Assembly (NCBI RefSeq): GCF_006345805.1 | Contig: NC_043016.1 | Location: forward strand, 21,762,001-21,826,000 | Source of the DNA: Octopus sinensis | Lineage: Eukaryota | Reading direction: 5' to 3' | Length of the DNA: 64,000 bases | Part shown: piece by piece, positions 61,056-64,000 of the stretch | How positions within the stretch are numbered: the first letter of the stretch is position 1 | How the letters are laid out: every line of letters starts with the position of its first letter | Program-made: the position numbers and the translations under genes | Notes under the pieces: model-generated | What the model saw: the letters and a program-made list of their open reading frames with translations, nothing else | What the model was told of the DNA's origin: nothing | The model's database searches: none

Positions 61056-61853
61056 AACGTTGCACAGTATACAATATCGTGAGAGTGTAGATTGAAGATA
61101 TTGTGTCTACTGGGGGTTTGTACTGTTTGTCAATTCACAACAAGCACCTCAGACAGACAGTACATTATGCAATATGCTTGCAGTTCCAAGTAATGCCGAC
61201 TTTTGCAATACATCAAAATTGTAGAGTATTTCTAAAGTTTTCAAATGTTTTCTTTCAGATTGGGTGGTATTGAACCCAATGCTCCGATGACAATAGGGAT
61301 AACATTTATGTTCAACTCTTGTAGCTACCACATCTTAGTAATCTCAATTCTCAAGTCTCCATATTTATCAACCTTTTCTCTTTCTTTCACGATGATGTGT
61401 TGATCTTCTGGCACTGCTACATCGATTATTGCGCACTCTTGTTTGTCCCTCCTAAATCTTACTATATCTGGCCTTCAGTGCTCTGACACTTTGTCTTTCT
61501 GGAAATCAAAGGCCCAGAGGATTTTTGTCTTCCCCTTTTCGTCCATTACCTTTCCCGGTATATGTTGGTACCAAGCACCCATAACCTCGTGTCCATACTT
61601 GCAGCATAGTAGTCAGTAGAGATTTTGGGCTACTTTGTCATATCTACTCTTGTTCTGTTTCTGTGCAAGACTTTCACAAGCACTAACAATGTGAGTCACA
61701 CTTTCGACCCTCTTCCCACATATTCTACAGAGGTCCAGCGCACTTGTGTGATATATATTCTTTTTCAATAAGTTGGTATTCAATGCCTGGTCCTGGGCTG
61801 TGATGATTAGGCTTTCAGTATTATTTTTTAGGTTGCCCTTGTTGAGCCACCAA
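61055..61853 (-). mobile_element. R4/Dong-like copy (UTR type B)
   Basis: NTESLIITAQDQALNT..CRICGKRVESVTHIVSAC; LQKSALLGTASIL. Confidence 0.85.
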
Positions 61854-61854
61854 G

Positions 61855-62068
61855 GCAGCAAGCTGGTAGAATTGTTAGCACACTGGGCAAAATGCTTAGT
61901 GACATTTCATCTGTCCTTACATACTAATTTCAAATTTTGCCAAGGTCAACTTTGCCTTTCATCCTTTTGGGGTTGTTGAAATAAAAACCAGTTGTGCACT
62001 GGGGTCAATGTAATTGACTAGCAACCCCACCCCCCAAATTTCAGGCCTTGTACCTGTAGTAGAAAGGA
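61855..62068 (+). mobile_element. SINE family 2
   Basis: GGCAGCAAGCTGGTAGAATTGTTAGCAC...CAAGGTCAACTTTGCCTTTCATCCTTTTGGGG. Confidence 0.8.
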
Positions 62069-62084
62069 TTACTATTATTATTAT

Positions 62085-62677
62085 TTCTCTTTATCACAGG
62101 TTTTATTGGAGCTTCTGGAGTTTTACATGCATAGCAGGCTTGCTACCTGCAGCCTACAGTACCGTGCTATCCATTCTTTTCAGCTATCTAAAACTTTCCT
62201 GATTATTCTGGCCATGCCAAGGAGGTAAACCTTTCGTAACAGTTCTACTGGGTACTCTATTCCAATTTCCTTTATATTCCCCTTGATGCCTTCTGATACT
62301 GTTTCCAAGAACCCAACAATAATTGGCGCTATCTTCCCCTTCTTCATTTTCCATAGCTGAGCCATTTCGTACTTAAGAAGGTTGTATTTATCTATCTTTT
62401 TGCTTTCTTTCTTGACTATTTGTGGGTCAAAAGGGCATGCAACATCAACTACATAGCATATGTGGTGCATCTTGTCCACCACCACTAGGTATGGACTGTT
62501 ATGCTCTAATATCTAATCTGTTTGGATTGGGAAATCCCAGAGAATTTTGCTAGTCTCTGACTCTGCCACTCTCTGCAGTTTGTGCTCATATCACATCTTG
62601 CTTCTCTCTAGTCCTCACTTTTCACACAGTTTTCCAAGTAGCGCTTTCGCTACCTGATCATGTCACCACAACTTGTA
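62085..62677 (-). mobile_element. R4/Dong-like copy (UTR type F)
   Basis: YVVDVACPFD..KKIDKYNLLKYEMAQLW...LLRKVYLLGMARIIRKVLDS*. Confidence 0.8.
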
Positions 62678-62784
62678 GTGGTTTTGGGTAAATCTAGGGC
62701 ATTCATTCGTGAAGTGATTTAGGGCAAGTCTAGGGTATTCTTTCATGAGTGGTTTTGGGTAAGTCTAGAGCATTAGTTCATGAA
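62678..62784 (+). repeat. 3 x 35-36-bp minisatellite
   Basis: GTGGTTTTGGGTAA.TCTAG.GCATT..TTC.TGAA at 62678, 62714 and 62749. Confidence 0.8.
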
Positions 62785-62801
62785 TTATTATTATTATTAT
62801 A

Positions 62802-62844
<43 letters not shown>

Positions 62845-62847
62845 GTT

Positions 62848-64000
62848 TTACTTCTCAGAGCACTTGGTCTTGTTTGCTCTGGTTGATTCAGTAAGAGCAG
62901 ACAGCAGCCTGTTGTCAGATGTCATACAGCGTCTCTTTCTGCAAGTTGTAAGCTTTGCTAATTGGATCTTAATTATTGTGGAAGCCATTCAACACCCAAG
63001 TACCAATCTCAAAATCCTAGCTGCCCCCAGCAGAGCAGTTTTTTGGACCTGTACTGCTCTCATGTCAGTTCCATATTCTCTGATATATTTCTCAAACTTG
63101 GTTGTTAGTGTTCCAAGTGTCCCGAAAACTGCTGGGATATAACAGACACTCTCCTGTCATTCCATTCTTGCAATTTCGTCTTTTAGTTGTCTGTATTTTT
63201 CCATCTTTTCCAGTTCTTTGTCACATAAGCGTGCATCTTCAAATATTGCAATATCTATAATCTTGATGATTTCTTTTTTTATTTTATCTACCACAACAGT
63301 GTCTGGTCTCTGAGAATTGATTAGGTAGTCCCATTGGTTTGTAAGATCCTATGGTATCTTAAATTCATTGTTTATGGTGATTCCTTCTGGGTCATGTTCA
63401 TACTATTTTGGTGCTCTGTCTAGGCCATACTTTTCACATAGTCTCCAGAGAACAAACTTAGCCACGTTATGCCTCCTTTCATAGTGCTTTTGAACCAGCT
63501 TGCTACACTCACTCACAATATATGAGATTGTTTTATTTTTGCTGCTACACATCCTACAAAGAGGTAATTTGCTACTCTTATCTATTCGAAGCTTGGTGTA
63601 ATTAGTCCTCAGAGCTTGTTTCTGGCACTACATACAAATGCTTTAGTGTATCCTTTTAGATCACTTTTTCTTTACCATCTCCAAGTGTTGGTCTTGTCTT
63701 TTCCTTCGATTTCTCTGAGGTATTGTCCATGCAGTGATTTCATTTTCCAATTGTTTATTCTTTCTTCTTCATCTTGTTTCTTAAATGTTTGTGGGTGCAT
63801 CACATTTGTGGTAGGTATTGTATTATTAATTCTAACAGTGGCAAGCAAGGATTCACTCTGCTGTTTGATGTATCATCCCAGGCTGTTCTTCTCATTGACA
63901 ACACAGATCCTGCATTCTATGATGCCTCTTACTCACTTGTTCAGACCTCTTACTTGTTCAGGCACATACAGCCTGTCAATATCGTTTTTTGGGTGTAGTT
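62848..64000 (-). mobile_element. R4/Dong-like copy (UTR type G), runs off the window edge
   Basis: CRMCSSKNKTISYIVSECSKL..RRHNVAK..; QRPDTVVVDK..IIDIAI..EKMEKY; VQKTALLGAARIL; (ATT)n at 62785-62845. Confidence 0.85.

Overview
AT-rich, repeat-saturated eukaryotic DNA. The SINE, RTE-tail and microsatellite content resembles octopus/cephalopod genomes (taxon inferred, not proven). I found no convincing host protein-coding gene, rRNA, true tRNA or CRISPR array. Recognisable long ORFs are decayed transposon pieces; many others are microsatellite translations. Content: several IS630-Tc1-mariner elements (mariner DD34D, maT/DD37D, Tc1), two non-autonomous Helitrons, RTE and CR1 LINE fragments, a Gypsy pol remnant, three tRNA-derived SINE families and many Penelope-like element (PLE) fragments. 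Three structures stand out. (1) A ~543-bp tandem array at 7733-12135 (about 6.7 copies plus 1.4 inverted copies) sits between (TA)n tracts. Its units carry a minimal type-I hammerhead-ribozyme (HHR) fold plus extra long-range stems, giving a retrozyme-like candidate for rolling-circle reverse transcription of a circular RNA. (2) Many further HHR-like motifs occur, mostly inside fold-back inverted repeats; one (31624-31667, minus) is a canonical minimal hammerhead. (3) A 13.4-kb co-oriented pile-up of 11 or more R4/Dong-type restriction-like-endonuclease retrotransposons from several subfamilies (50.6-64 kb), mostly separated by (TAA)n tracts. All ribozyme and mechanism calls are manual folds and inferences that need computational and experimental testing.
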